The position numbers were made by a program, and so were the translations under genes. 13,330 nucleotides of DNA from a virus (lineage: Duplodnaviria; Heunggongvirae; Uroviricota; Caudoviricetes). This document shows positions 1 to 8,237 of this stretch, one piece after another (the stretch's first letter is position 1; each line of letters begins with the position of its first letter). Location of the stretch: positions 1 to 13,330 of IMG/VR virus record IMGVR_UViG_2547132278_000017; one strand, 5' to 3'. Below the pieces are notes generated by a model. It was not told the DNA's origin, did no database searches, and was given only the letters and a program-made list of their open reading frames with translations.

Positions 1-483
1 TCAATATTCCAGACAGACTCGCGGTTCATTTAAGCATCCATGCCCGCCCTGAACTCCGGGCACACCGTAAGTAAAATCAGCCACCCACAGCTGGTCAGGT
101 CGTTCTGCCACGAACTGACGGTTTACGCGGTCGCCTGCGGCAACGGCTTTCCGGCTGATGGTCGTACGGACCTTTTTACCCCGGAGAACACCGGCAAGTC
201 CCATAACCGCCATGAGACGTGCCACAGTGCATCTGGCCACTCTGATACCTTCCCGTAACAACTGACGCCAGACTTTACGCACACCGTATACCTTGTGATT
301 TTCATCGTATACGCGCTGTATCTCTTTCTTCAGCCAGTCATCGCGCTGCGCACGGGCACTGCGTTTATCCGGATGATGTCGCTGTTGCTGACAGTGGTAA
401 TACGTTGACGGGGCAATATGCAGTTCGCTGCATAGCGGTCCGACCCCGTACTGCTCACGCAGCTTATCCAGCAGTGGCATCAT
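1..483 (-). pseudogene. IS629 transposase OrfB, truncated to 160 aa (DDE catalytic domain lost)
   Basis: The ORF reads ...RPDQLWVADFTY, the start of the DDE domain in IS3-family OrfB, then diverges into GVPGVQGGHGCLNEPRVCLEY and stops at 1-3. IS3-family OrfB is normally about 290-300 aa, so the second Asp and the Glu of the catalytic triad are absent. Confidence 0.7.
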
Positions 484-806
484 TTTTTCCAGAGGCGGTC
501 GAACTCCGCCTTCGCAAAATAAGCGGAAGCCTGGCGAAGGATATCGTTACTGCGGCGCAGTTCACGATTTTCACGTTCCAGCTCTTTCAGACGCTGACGT
601 TCAGCGGTGGTGAGCCCTCCATCACCGCCCCCGGTATCCCGCTCATGCTGGCGAACCCAGACACGCAGAGTCTCCGGCGTACAGCCAATCTTTGGAGCAA
701 TGGAACAAATTGTCGCCCATTGTGAGTCATATTCGCTCTGACTTTCCAGAACCATACGGACTGCCCGTTGACGGACTTCGGGGGAAAAACGAGTATTTTT
801 AGTCAT
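480..806 (-). CDS. IS629 transposase OrfA (108 aa, helix-turn-helix plus leucine-zipper region)
   Basis: The 108-aa [26 protein letters not shown]...[29 protein letters not shown] matches my recollection of IS629/IS1203 OrfA. It lies about 55 bp inside the IS terminus, and its stop overlaps the next ORF. Confidence 0.9.
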   Translation of the reverse strand: MTKNTRFSPEVRQRAVRMVLESQSEYDSQWATICSIAPKIGCTPETLRVWVRQHERDTGGGDGGLTTAERQRLKELERENRELRRSNDILRQASAYFAKAEFDRLWKK

Positions 807-860
807 CCTGTTTACCTCTTTCTCAGGAAGTTTAGTCTCCAGGATTCCCGGGGCGGTTCA

Positions 861-1418
861 GCTCAACCCCATATAGTTGTAACACTTGAGCCAAACCCTT
901 GGGCCGCTTTTTACTTTGATATTAACATTGCTAATACAGGGAACGCACCTGCCTATAATGTTGAGGTTGTGTTTGATCCTCCACTAGTAAATGCGGAGCA
1001 TAGAGAAAAAAGTGAGATTCCGTTTAGTAAGGTAAGCGTGTTAAAAAATGGGCAATCACTTACCAGCAATCTCTGTAAGTATGAACAAATCAAAGATCAA
1101 ATTTATAATATTAATATAAGCTGGGCAAGCAAACCTAAATCAAACGATAGAGAAACAAATGAATATGTGTATGACATGGCGACATTTGAAGGAATAAGTT
1201 ATCTAGGAGCGAGAAGCCCATTGACGCAAATTGCAGAACAAATTAAAGGTATAAGAGAGGATTGGAAACCTATTGCACAAGGAGCTAAAAAAGTAAAAGC
1301 AGACGTATATACTTCAAGCGATAGAAACGAAGAACGCACGTATCTGCAAGAGCAACACGATTTGGCAATAAAAAGGAGAGATGAGAAAAGAGAAAAAAGA
1401 TTAGAGTCTGGTGAATAA
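861..1418 (+). pseudogene. 3' fragment (185 codons) of an unknown AT-rich gene interrupted by the IS629 insertion
   Basis: The reading frame is open from the first base after the IS terminus (861) to the stop at 1418. There is no in-frame ATG with a ribosome-binding site until very late (MATFEG...), so the N-terminal part must lie beyond the IS. The C-terminus is lysine/glutamate-rich. No recognisable motif. Confidence 0.5.
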
Positions 1419-1466
1419 TTTTAAAGGGAGTGGGTAACTAACCCACTCGTAACTATAAACCTGTAA

Positions 1467-2291
1467 TTAATCACTTATTTTTGACAACAGATAATTACTG
1501 AACGCACTGCAAGTGACTAACATAAATTTAGCTTCAGCTAAGGTAGGATTTACATCTTCTTCTGTTAGCGCATGACGTATTCCACCCTGATCACTTGTAT
1601 AACCATAGAGCTGACTAAAAGCGCCTTTCATTGCAGAGTGTATATATCCTTTTTCCTCTATAGCTTTAAGACAAGCCCCCAAGGTTCCTTTATCATTGCC
1701 CGTGATTTTCCTGCATAAAGATTCAATTGCAGAGATAGACTCTTTAATCGAGTTTCTGTAGTCTGGCTGCTCTCTATCCGTCATTAGTTGTAACGCCCTT
1801 TCGAAATGGCTACGCGATGAATCAGTGCCATTATCAACTGCGTTCTGAACACTTTCAATTTCGTTATCATTTGAAATAGGAGTAATACAACCATTTATTA
1901 TGGTATAACCAACGCCATGCTTTTTAAAGATGGAATTGAGATGCTTCGATAGATTAATATATGAATTAGTTCTCTCAATGATGAACTCAATTAAATCATA
2001 TACCAAATACCATGCTTCCCCATATATATAATCTCGGATAGCAGTCAGCAACGTCTTATCACTTTTGTATCCACTTTCATAACGAGGAATATTATCCGCA
2101 GGTTGATTTAGATAATATATCCACACAGACTGCGCACATTTTGTTGCTGTAGCAGTTTGACGATTGTTAGTCCAAAGGAAAAGATATAAGCAATTCCACA
2201 ATGCCATGCGTGTATCAGAATTAAGATCATTCAGCTGGACATGCTCTCTAACGTCAACATGACCATACCTCACAGAAAATGGCTTTATCAT
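1467..2291 (-). CDS. Hypothetical 274-aa protein; possible AbiJ/HEPN-like abortive-infection-type C-terminal domain (tentative)
   Basis: Long ORF in an AT-rich segment with a Shine-Dalgarno-like AGGGGA 4-6 nt before the ATG at 2291. The C-terminal region ...SIKESISAIESLCRKITG...SAMKGAFSQLYGYTSDQGGIRHALTEEDV...AKFMLVTCSAFSNYL resembles, from memory only, HEPN-type domains of AbiJ-like proteins. Not verified by any search. Confidence 0.6.
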   Translation of the reverse strand: MIKPFSVRYGHVDVREHVQLNDLNSDTRMALWNCLYLFLWTNNRQTATATKCAQSVWIYYLNQPADNIPRYESGYKSDKTLLTAIRDYIYGEAWYLVYDLIEFIIERTNSYINLSKHLNSIFKKHGVGYTIINGCITPISNDNEIESVQNAVDNGTDSSRSHFERALQLMTDREQPDYRNSIKESISAIESLCRKITGNDKGTLGACLKAIEEKGYIHSAMKGAFSQLYGYTSDQGGIRHALTEEDVNPTLAEAKFMLVTCSAFSNYLLSKISD

Positions 2292-2825
2292 TCTTCCCCT
2301 GCCTGATTGTTATGTTCGTTTAAATTATGCAGTCTAAGTTTGATACAATCATATATTAAGCAATAGAATCCATAAAGCCCCGTTGGTGGTAAGACAACAA
2401 GCGGAGCCTCTTGCGACTTCATCAGGGTTATGTCAGTTAGTGAGGCTTATCAGGATGACCATGTACCCAAGGGGAGCGAGGCCGAACCGCTGGCAGAGCT
2501 TGCATATGGTCTGCAAGTACCGTGACCACCATAAACCTGTTTATCCCCTGCGGCGTCTCGCGACGGCGACAGAATGGGGGCATCGGGCTAAAATGCGCTG
2601 CACTAAAAGTTTTGGGATTGTTTAGAGACGGTGGCTACGTCATAGCTTTCAAGTTGAGTCAGTACGTGTTTGACGCTTGGAACGACACGCCGCTATGAGT
2701 TAACATCCCAATTACCACTATCAACCACAGCGGCTTTTTCAAGGGACATAACAGAGCATTTCTTACAGGCAAAAGAGACAGATTTAATCGTCTAACTAAC
2801 TGTATTGTAAGGAATTTAGTAACTT

Positions 2826-2848
2826 GGTGCGAAGGCCGGACTCAAACA
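2826..2848 (-). other. attR-like site: degenerate copy of a tRNA 3' end (T-arm/acceptor/CCA) marking the satellite's left boundary
   Basis: Minus-strand sequence TGTTTGAGTCCGGCCTTCGCACC(A) closely matches the 3' end of tRNA-Leu (leuX-type ...GGTTCGAGTCCGGCCTTCGGCACCA) with one substitution and one missing G. P4-type integrases integrate into tRNA 3' ends, and the int gene is at the opposite end in the compatible orientation. Confidence 0.55.
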
Positions 2849-3044
2849 TCAAAATAAGTTAATGATAAAAAACAAATAATAAAACACAACAATGAAATAT
2901 GCCCCCTTTTGTGCCCCCACTGTTTTTCTGACCAATCTATTTTCAGCCCATCAATAAATCGGAAAGTTAAATCATTTTTAATCAGTAAGTTTGGATCCGT
3001 AGCTCGGATCCAAACCAGTGCATCTTTTATCCACATAAAAAATT

Positions 3045-3340
3045 TTTTTTCGAAAGAACTGTTCACACTGTTCACCTTTCTGTTTTCTCCTTTTATTTCA
3101 GAGTGATAGGTGGTGAATAATGGGTGAAGGGTGAACATTCGATTCTTCACCTCCGGCATTCTGCCGATGTGACTCATACCGGTGATTAATCCTCCGCACT
3201 GAAATCACTCAGGAAGAAAAAAGTTTTTTTTGATTTGATTGTTCACACTGTTCACCTTTCGTTTTTCTCTTTTAATTTCAGTGTGATAACGGGTGAATAT
3301 ACGGTGAAGGGTGAACAGTGGATTGTTCACCTTCGGGGGA
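3045..3340. repeat. crr-like cis replication region: two direct repeats of about 115-120 bp (spaced 180 bp) each carrying several TGTTCACC-type iterons
   Basis: ctgttcacactgttcacctttc...tttcag(a/t)gtgata...ggtgaa...ggtgaagggtgaaca...ttcacc occurs at 3059-3160 and again at 3239-3340. The octamer TGTTCACC/GGTGAACA is the type I iteron bound by P4 alpha protein. The position immediately downstream of alpha matches P4 crr. Confidence 0.7.
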
Positions 3341-3350
3341 TATCTGGATA

Positions 3351-3374
3351 AAAAAAGACCGGCAGATGCCGGTC
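3351..3374 (-). terminator. Rho-independent terminator of the alpha operon
   Basis: On the minus strand, directly after the alpha stop: stem GACCGGC, loop AUCU, stem GCCGGUC, followed by six U then AU. Confidence 0.6.
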
Positions 3375-3381
3375 AGGTGGG

Positions 3382-5715
3382 TCAGGCTGTTGTAGGGTCG
3401 TCACATTTTGGCAGCCAGTCGCCGTAGCTTTCCTCTTTCAGCGTCAGGTTGGTCTGTATCCCCTGTTTGGTATGGCGCTTCTCGTAATTCAGCCCGTATT
3501 CCTTCAGCATCACCGGCAGCCCCAGCCCGAACATTTTCAGACTGAGTACATTCCGGTAGCCGTTTGCCTCCATGTAGGCCAGATAGGCGTGATAGAGGTA
3601 TTTACGGTAATTACGCGGGATGATACTGGCGTTCCCCATATACATGCCGCTGGTCTGCGGCAGGGTTTCCAGATAGCCGATAAAATCAAACGTCGGGTCG
3701 GCATCCCGTTTGATGTTCAGCGCCTCGTCTGAGTTCTGCTGGGACTGAAGCAGTGACCGGGCGAGCATCGGGTCGCTGAACTTCTGCATCAGGTGACGCA
3801 CGATGACCGCCAGCTCGCGGGTGATTTTGTCCTTAAGCTGCGGGTCGCGCTCCTGCGGGGCTATCTGTTCCGGGAAGTGAATAATCACCCGCCGGCGTGA
3901 CACGCCGCCGCTGCGGTCGGTGAAGCGCATCGGGTTATTGTTCACGGCCAGAATCACCGCCGGGATGTGCGTGGAGTACGCATCCCGGTATTTCGGGTCA
4001 ACGGACACCGCATCGCCGCCGGTGATGGCCTTGAGTCCGGCTCCGTCGCCGCTCCATTTTTCCTGGTCCGGCAGGCGTATCAGTGAGAAGCCAGTTAACG
4101 CGGCACGTTCACGCGGGGATTCCAGCGTCTCAATGGTGGCCGACGTGGCGTTATCCTCCCCGGCCAGCAGGGTGGCTATTTCGGCCATGATACTTTTGCC
4201 GCTGCCGCCGGGACCGGTCACCTCCAGAAAGAGCTGCCAGTCATAGCGGTTTGCCAGCACCATAAACAGTGCGGCCAGAATCACGTCGCGTTTTTCCGCA
4301 CGGCCACCGGCGGCACGGTCAAGCCAGCGCCAGAACGCGGGGGCGTGGGTTTCCAGCGTTTCCCCTTCCACCGGCGGGGTGAAATCCACATCGCACAGGG
4401 TGCGCATCCAGTGTGACGGACTGTGCGGGTGGAACGTGCCGTTCTGCGTGTCGAGCACGCCGTTACGAAAGCCAATCAGGCGGCGGGAGGGGGCTTCCTG
4501 CTGCGGAATAATCAGCTTCAGGGTGTCCACCACGGAGGCCACCTTCCCGGAGGAGAACGGCGCGCGCAGACGCTGAAACAGCCCGGCCACATCCCGGGCA
4601 AAGTCCTGTGGCGGCAGCACCTTCCAGACACCATTTTCATAGCGGGACAGAAGCTGGCCGTTGGCATCGACCGCGAGCGCCTCGCCGTAATGCTCATAGA
4701 TACGCATGGCCTTTTCGCTGGTACTCATGGCGGAAAACTCCGCTTCGCTCATGGTGTCGAACGGGCTTTCAGCCGGGGGCCGGATGGCATCATAAATGGC
4801 CTTACGGGTGGCTTCCCCGCCGTACTGCGTGAAGGCATCATTCCAGTCACCGAAGACCGGCGGCAGGGCAACAACACCTTCACACGCATCTGCGGCTGCG
4901 GCGGCTTTTTTCTGGCCGTCACCGCTGAGGTCACGGTCAGCAGCAAGGACAATCTGACAGGCCGGATGCTTCTGCCGGGCAAGGCTGGCCAGAGAAAGGA
5001 GATTCACGGAAGAAAGCGCCACCATCACCGTTTCACCGGTCAGGTGATGCACGGTAAGTGCGGTCGCGTATCCCTCCGCTATCCACAGACGTTTTCCGGC
5101 CTGATTCTGTCCTTCAAGGATGTGACAGGTGCCCCTGACCTGCCCGCCTTTCAGGGTGCGCTTACGGCCGTCAGCACTGATTAACTGAAGGTTAACCAGT
5201 TCGCCGCTGTCGTCATACAGTGGCACCACAAGGTCACCGGCGCGCCAGCTCACGCCACCGGCTCTGTGTGTGCCGGTCAGCATCCGGCATTCCCGGCCGG
5301 GAAAGCCCTTGCGGGTCAGGTAGGCGTTACCGGTTCCGGGACGGGTTTTCGCCATCAGGGTTTGTGCCAGTGCGGCGGCGTTCTTCCGGGCAGCGTCTGT
5401 TTCAGCACCGGCGGCAGCCGTCACTGCCGGGTCAGCCGGGGGCAGGCTGCCGGTCACGGCAGCCACCTTTGCGGCCGCATCGGACGGGGAAACACCAAAC
5501 ACCTTTTCAACCAGTTTCAGGCCGTCACCGGCACCGCACTGATTGCAGTACCAGGTGCCGCGCCCCTCCCTGTCATCAAAACGGAAGCGGTCACTCCCGC
5601 CACAGACCGGACAGGGCTGATGACGGTTCTTCAGCACCTGAATCCCCAGCGCCGGGAGAATACGCGGCCAGTGGCCGAGTGCATGGCTGACGGTGGCGGT
5701 TACGTTCATTTTCAT
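3382..5715 (-). CDS. alpha: P4-type alpha protein: bifunctional DNA primase / SF3 helicase / origin-binding protein (777 aa)
   Basis: N-terminal zinc-binding motif CPVCGG...YCNQCG, Walker A GPGGSGKS in the helicase region, AAGGAGA ribosome-binding site 8 nt before the ATG. The length of 777 aa equals P4 alpha. Iterons recognised by alpha are present at crr and ori. Confidence 0.95.
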   Translation of the reverse strand: MKMNVTATVSHALGHWPRILPALGIQVLKNRHQPCPVCGGSDRFRFDDREGRGTWYCNQCGAGDGLKLVEKVFGVSPSDAAAKVAAVTGSLPPADPAVTAAAGAETDAARKNAAALAQTLMAKTRPGTGNAYLTRKGFPGRECRMLTGTHRAGGVSWRAGDLVVPLYDDSGELVNLQLISADGRKRTLKGGQVRGTCHILEGQNQAGKRLWIAEGYATALTVHHLTGETVMVALSSVNLLSLASLARQKHPACQIVLAADRDLSGDGQKKAAAAADACEGVVALPPVFGDWNDAFTQYGGEATRKAIYDAIRPPAESPFDTMSEAEFSAMSTSEKAMRIYEHYGEALAVDANGQLLSRYENGVWKVLPPQDFARDVAGLFQRLRAPFSSGKVASVVDTLKLIIPQQEAPSRRLIGFRNGVLDTQNGTFHPHSPSHWMRTLCDVDFTPPVEGETLETHAPAFWRWLDRAAGGRAEKRDVILAALFMVLANRYDWQLFLEVTGPGGSGKSIMAEIATLLAGEDNATSATIETLESPRERAALTGFSLIRLPDQEKWSGDGAGLKAITGGDAVSVDPKYRDAYSTHIPAVILAVNNNPMRFTDRSGGVSRRRVIIHFPEQIAPQERDPQLKDKITRELAVIVRHLMQKFSDPMLARSLLQSQQNSDEALNIKRDADPTFDFIGYLETLPQTSGMYMGNASIIPRNYRKYLYHAYLAYMEANGYRNVLSLKMFGLGLPVMLKEYGLNYEKRHTKQGIQTNLTLKEESYGDWLPKCDDPTTA

Positions 5716-5729
5716 GGTGTTGTTCTCCT

Positions 5730-6050
5730 TCAGTGCAGTACCGGCGCTTTTATGTGACGGGCACAGAGTTCATCCATCACAACCAGCCCGAGAAAGGACA
5801 GCGACGGCGCGGCCTTCAGGGGGCCGGATTCCATTAAATCTTCCAGCAGGGCACAGGCTATCTGACGCCCTTTTTCCTCACCGTGCTGGCGCAGATAAAA
5901 GCCTTCCAGCTCAGCGGCGATGGCCGCCTCCAGTGACTCAAGGGTGAGATGCGGGTAGCGGTGCTGACGTTCGCACACGGTCAGCCAGGCACAGGCGACA
6001 GCGCGACGGTAAAGGGCAGCGCGTAAGACGGGCGGTAAGGGTGTTTTCAT
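5730..6050 (-). CDS. cnr: Cnr-like copy-number regulator (106 aa), immediately upstream of alpha
   Basis: Position and size match the P4 cnr gene preceding alpha in the left operon. Assignment rests on synteny and length, not on a motif. Confidence 0.7.
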
Positions 6051-6185
6051 TTGTTTTCCTCCCTGTGACAGATGACTGCATTCCGTGCCGGTTGCATTAA
6101 CTGATAAGGCATATCTGCGTCTCCTGAAGACGTGCGTATCCCTGCGCGAATACGCACATTTAATTTTTCGGGTGTCGTTTTTTAA

Positions 6186-6641
6186 TTACAGATAATTGCG
6201 GTAACTGTTATCCGGGGTGGTTTCCGGGTCAGGCTCCGTGCGGGGAATTTCCCGCCATTCCCGCGCCACCGGTGCTGCCCGGCTGACCGGAACAGTGTCC
6301 TGCGGGTAAATATCCAGATATTTTTCCCGCCATTTCTGTAATTCCGGGTCTCCGGCCATTTCTTTCAGTACCGCATGCCGGTTTACGGGGCTGCGTTTAA
6401 ACAGGTCAGGACGGTCACAGGTAAATTCCCGCAGAAAACGCCCCAGCGGGATGTCTGTGGTGCGTCCGTCAGCGAGGATACGCACAAGGATACTGAATTT
6501 ACGGCGGTACGGGTTCCAGACAATGTCCGGGCAGCGGTACGGCATTTCCCACGGAATACCGTCTTCCAGAATGCCGACCACGGCCACATCGGGAAAACCG
6601 GCAGAACGGTAAATCTCACCGGGCTGGGGAAAATCAAACAT
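6186..6641 (-). CDS. P4 orf151-like protein (151 aa), function unknown
   Basis: 151 codons in the position of P4 orf151 between eps and cnr. The start overlaps the stop of the upstream gene by 8 nt (operon coupling). Confidence 0.8.
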   Translation of the reverse strand: MFDFPQPGEIYRSAGFPDVAVVGILEDGIPWEMPYRCPDIVWNPYRRKFSILVRILADGRTTDIPLGRFLREFTCDRPDLFKRSPVNRHAVLKEMAGDPELQKWREKYLDIYPQDTVPVSRAAPVAREWREIPRTEPDPETTPDNSYRNYL

Positions 6642-6921
6642 GCGTCCTGTCTCCCCGGTCTTTCTGCTGGGCGAGAAAATCGCGGCACAGGCCTTTGGCT
6701 TTCAGCTCATTCAGCACAAAATCAATATCTTCATTCAGGTAGCTGAAAATATGCGGAATGTAGAGCTGATGCAGGCCGGAGAGTTCACGGTGAATCAAAT
6801 CACCCCCAACAAACCGGGATACGGCGCTGGCGCGGTTGAGCTTATGGTAAGCCTCAATGCTGAGGTGTTCACGGGCGTCATGACGTGCTGAGACGGTCTG
6901 AGGGGCTTTTTTATTACGCAC
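6634..6921 (-). CDS. eps: Epsilon-like protein (95 aa, GTG start), predicted helper-prophage derepressor
   Basis: The tracked 177-aa ORF has no ribosome-binding site at its ATG. An internal GTG at 6921 is preceded by GGAGGT with a 5-nt spacer and gives a 95-aa product in the P4 eps position (upstream of orf151, downstream of the immunity region). Start choice is an inference. Confidence 0.6.
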   Translation of the reverse strand: MRNKKAPQTVSARHDAREHLSIEAYHKLNRASAVSRFVGGDLIHRELSGLHQLYIPHIFSYLNEDIDFVLNELKAKGLCRDFLAQQKDRGDRTHV

Positions 6922-7189
6922 GGGACACCTCCACCACCGGCAGACGGGCAGCAAGGGAGAGCACATAGTCTCGGACAAGGGAACGGCGGGCACTGCGTTC
7001 ATCACCGGCGACGGTGCGAAGCATACAGATACGGGGATGACGGTCTGCACGACGGACAGCCGCAAACACAAAGACAAATTCAGGGTGTGAGGGGGTAAGG
7101 GTTGTAGCCATAAGGCAGCCTCCTTCGAGTAGCAAATAACTGCTATCGCCGGAGTTTCCACGCTCAATGGCGATAGCCCAGACGGGGGT

Positions 7190-7265
7190 GGAAATACCGG
7201 CCTCGAAGAATACCGGCCAGCCCGGAGGCTGCCCCGCCTGAGCTACCATTGACTCTGCGGCATAA
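7190..7265 (-). ncRNA. cI: Candidate CI-like immunity RNA region (seqB) with complementary seqA-like (about 7385-7400) and seqC-like (7113-7133) targets
   Basis: The plus-strand segment 7113-7133 (aggcagcctccttcgagtagc) is complementary to two blocks within 7199-7233 (ggcctcgaag...ggaggctgcc), split by about 15 nt. A second copy of the ccttcgag core sits at 7391-7399, just downstream of the putative early promoter. The arrangement mirrors P4 seqA/seqB/seqC, but boundaries are not defined. Confidence 0.35.
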
Positions 7266-7444
7266 TGAGCGGACGCGGGCAGGATGCACGGAATGCCATC
7301 TGCACGACTGACCACACACCACACCATAATCTGGCGCTCTGTGGCGTTGATTGCGACACAAAAAAAGACGCATGGCGCGTCATATGTCGCCTTCGAGTTA
7401 CACGGGTTTCCACGCCCGGCTGCCGATTTTGCGACAGCGGAAAA

Positions 7445-7474
7445 ACTATATCCGCAAATGCCGGAAAAAGGCAA
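7445..7474 (-). promoter_or_regulatory. Candidate P_LE-like early promoter (-35 TTGCCT, 18-nt spacer, -10 TATAGT) for the leftward immunity/replication operon
   Basis: Minus-strand hexamers at 7474-7469 and 7450-7445, between the vis stop and the seqA-like element. Confidence 0.35.
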
Positions 7475-7509
7475 GCCAGAAAAAGGGAGTTTTTGCAGAG
7501 CGGGCATCA

Positions 7510-7776
7510 TCATGCGTCGTACCCCCGTTTGCGTCCGGCAATGCGCCCGGCCATCCATGCGGTGACTTCAGAGTGCAGCCAGGCCACATTTTTACCGCCA
7601 AGACTCACCTGTGGCGGAAATTCCCCCTTACGGATGAGTTCATAGATGGTCGAGCGTGACAGGCCGCACAGGTGCATCACTTCCGGCAGACGTAAAAAAC
7701 GCTCCTGCGTGATGTCCGGCAGCGGCATCAGTGGCGTCACAGGGGCGGGAGACGGGGAAGAAAAAACAGCTTGCAT
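7510..7776 (-). CDS. vis: AlpA/Vis-family transcriptional regulator and excision factor (88 aa; alternative internal start would give 72 aa)
   Basis: AlpA-family helix-turn-helix signature ...[47 protein letters not shown].... GAGGT ribosome-binding site 6 nt before the ATG at 7776. Position upstream of the early operon matches P4 vis. Confidence 0.8.
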   Translation of the reverse strand: MQAVFSSPSPAPVTPLMPLPDITQERFLRLPEVMHLCGLSRSTIYELIRKGEFPPQVSLGGKNVAWLHSEVTAWMAGRIAGRKRGYDA

Positions 7777-7878
7777 CGGGCTACCTCGTTAATGTCCATA
7801 CAGCACCGGATAAGTCCGTCCGGCTTCGGGTAGCGCTTTATTTTGTGAATATTTTCAGCAGACGCAACAGGGGGAATT

Positions 7879-7896
7879 TGTTCCGGCAGCCTTACA
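7879..7896 (-). promoter_or_regulatory. TGT-N12-ACA dyad, candidate Delta/Ogr-responsive late promoter (P_LL-like) driving vis leftward
   Basis: tgt tccggcagcctt aca. Centred about 55 bp upstream of a plausible leftward transcription start, which would itself be about 55 nt before the vis start. The pattern alone is expected by chance a few times in 13 kb, so position is the main support. Confidence 0.3.
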
Positions 7897-8054
7897 ATGG
7901 CTGTGTGTTTTTTATCCATCCGGACTGGAAGGGTCTCAAAGGGTTCTGAAGGACCTGGAATTTTTCATAGTGAAATGCAAATTGTTTTTTCTTATTTATT
8001 TCAGTGAATTAATAAAAATAAACAGTAATAAACAGCATAAAAAGCCCATCAACG

Positions 8055-8160
8055 GGTGAACAGTGGTGAACAGACGGTGAACAGTCATTACTGCGATTGT
8101 TCACCCTTTAACTTACTGTATTACTTATCTTTTTTCTTAAGGTGAACAGAGGTGAACAGT
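8055..8160. repeat. ori-like cluster of six type I iterons (GGTGAACAG/TGTTCACC) with an AT-rich spacer
   Basis: Iterons at 8056-8063, 8065-8073, 8076-8084 (direct), 8098-8105 (inverted), 8141-8149 and 8151-8159 (direct). The AT-rich stretch 8107-8140 lies between them, and an AT-rich region sits upstream (7960-8050). Six iterons about 4.8 kb from crr fits what I recall of P4 ori. Confidence 0.65.
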
Positions 8161-8237
8161 AAAATATAAAAAAACAAACAGTAAGCCGGTTTTTCCTGCG
8201 ACCTTTTCCTGGCTTGCCGGTCTGAGGATGAGTCTCC

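Larger units (their letters stand above)
1..860 (-). mobile_element. Partial IS629 (IS3 family) copy; left terminus at 860, element itself disrupted near 55-70 and running off the window start
   Basis: Minus-strand terminus TGAACCGCCCCGGGAATCCTGGAGACTAAAC ends at 860 (plus strand ...gggcggttca, 829-860), the TG...-type end typical of IS3-family elements. OrfA and OrfB reading frames overlap at 480-483 as expected for a -1 frameshift pair. Identification as IS629/IS1203 is from recalled protein sequence. Confidence 0.85.

Noticed and set aside
2383-2625. 80-aa ORF on the plus strand
   Set aside because: Arg-rich, atypical composition with no ribosome-binding site, in a region better explained as non-coding flank.
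2842-3177. 111-aa ORF on the minus strand
   Set aside because: It overlaps the first crr-like repeat and the AT-rich att-proximal region, has low-complexity composition and no ribosome-binding site. It is most likely a chance ORF in non-coding replication DNA.
3472-5757. Several plus-strand ORFs (86 to 253 aa) antisense to alpha
   Set aside because: They lie entirely within the well-supported alpha gene on the opposite strand. Long antisense ORFs are expected in GC-rich coding DNA.
6914-7558. 214-aa minus-strand ORF spanning the immunity region, and the nested 69-aa ORF 7164-7373
   Set aside because: It would overlap vis and eps and run through the putative early promoter and CI-RNA region, with no good ribosome-binding site. 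A small kil-like gene could still exist here, but I cannot delimit it.
7265-7659. Three overlapping plus-strand ORFs (93 to 126 aa)
   Set aside because: They are antisense to the leftward early operon and have Arg/His/Pro-rich composition typical of spurious GC-rich frames.
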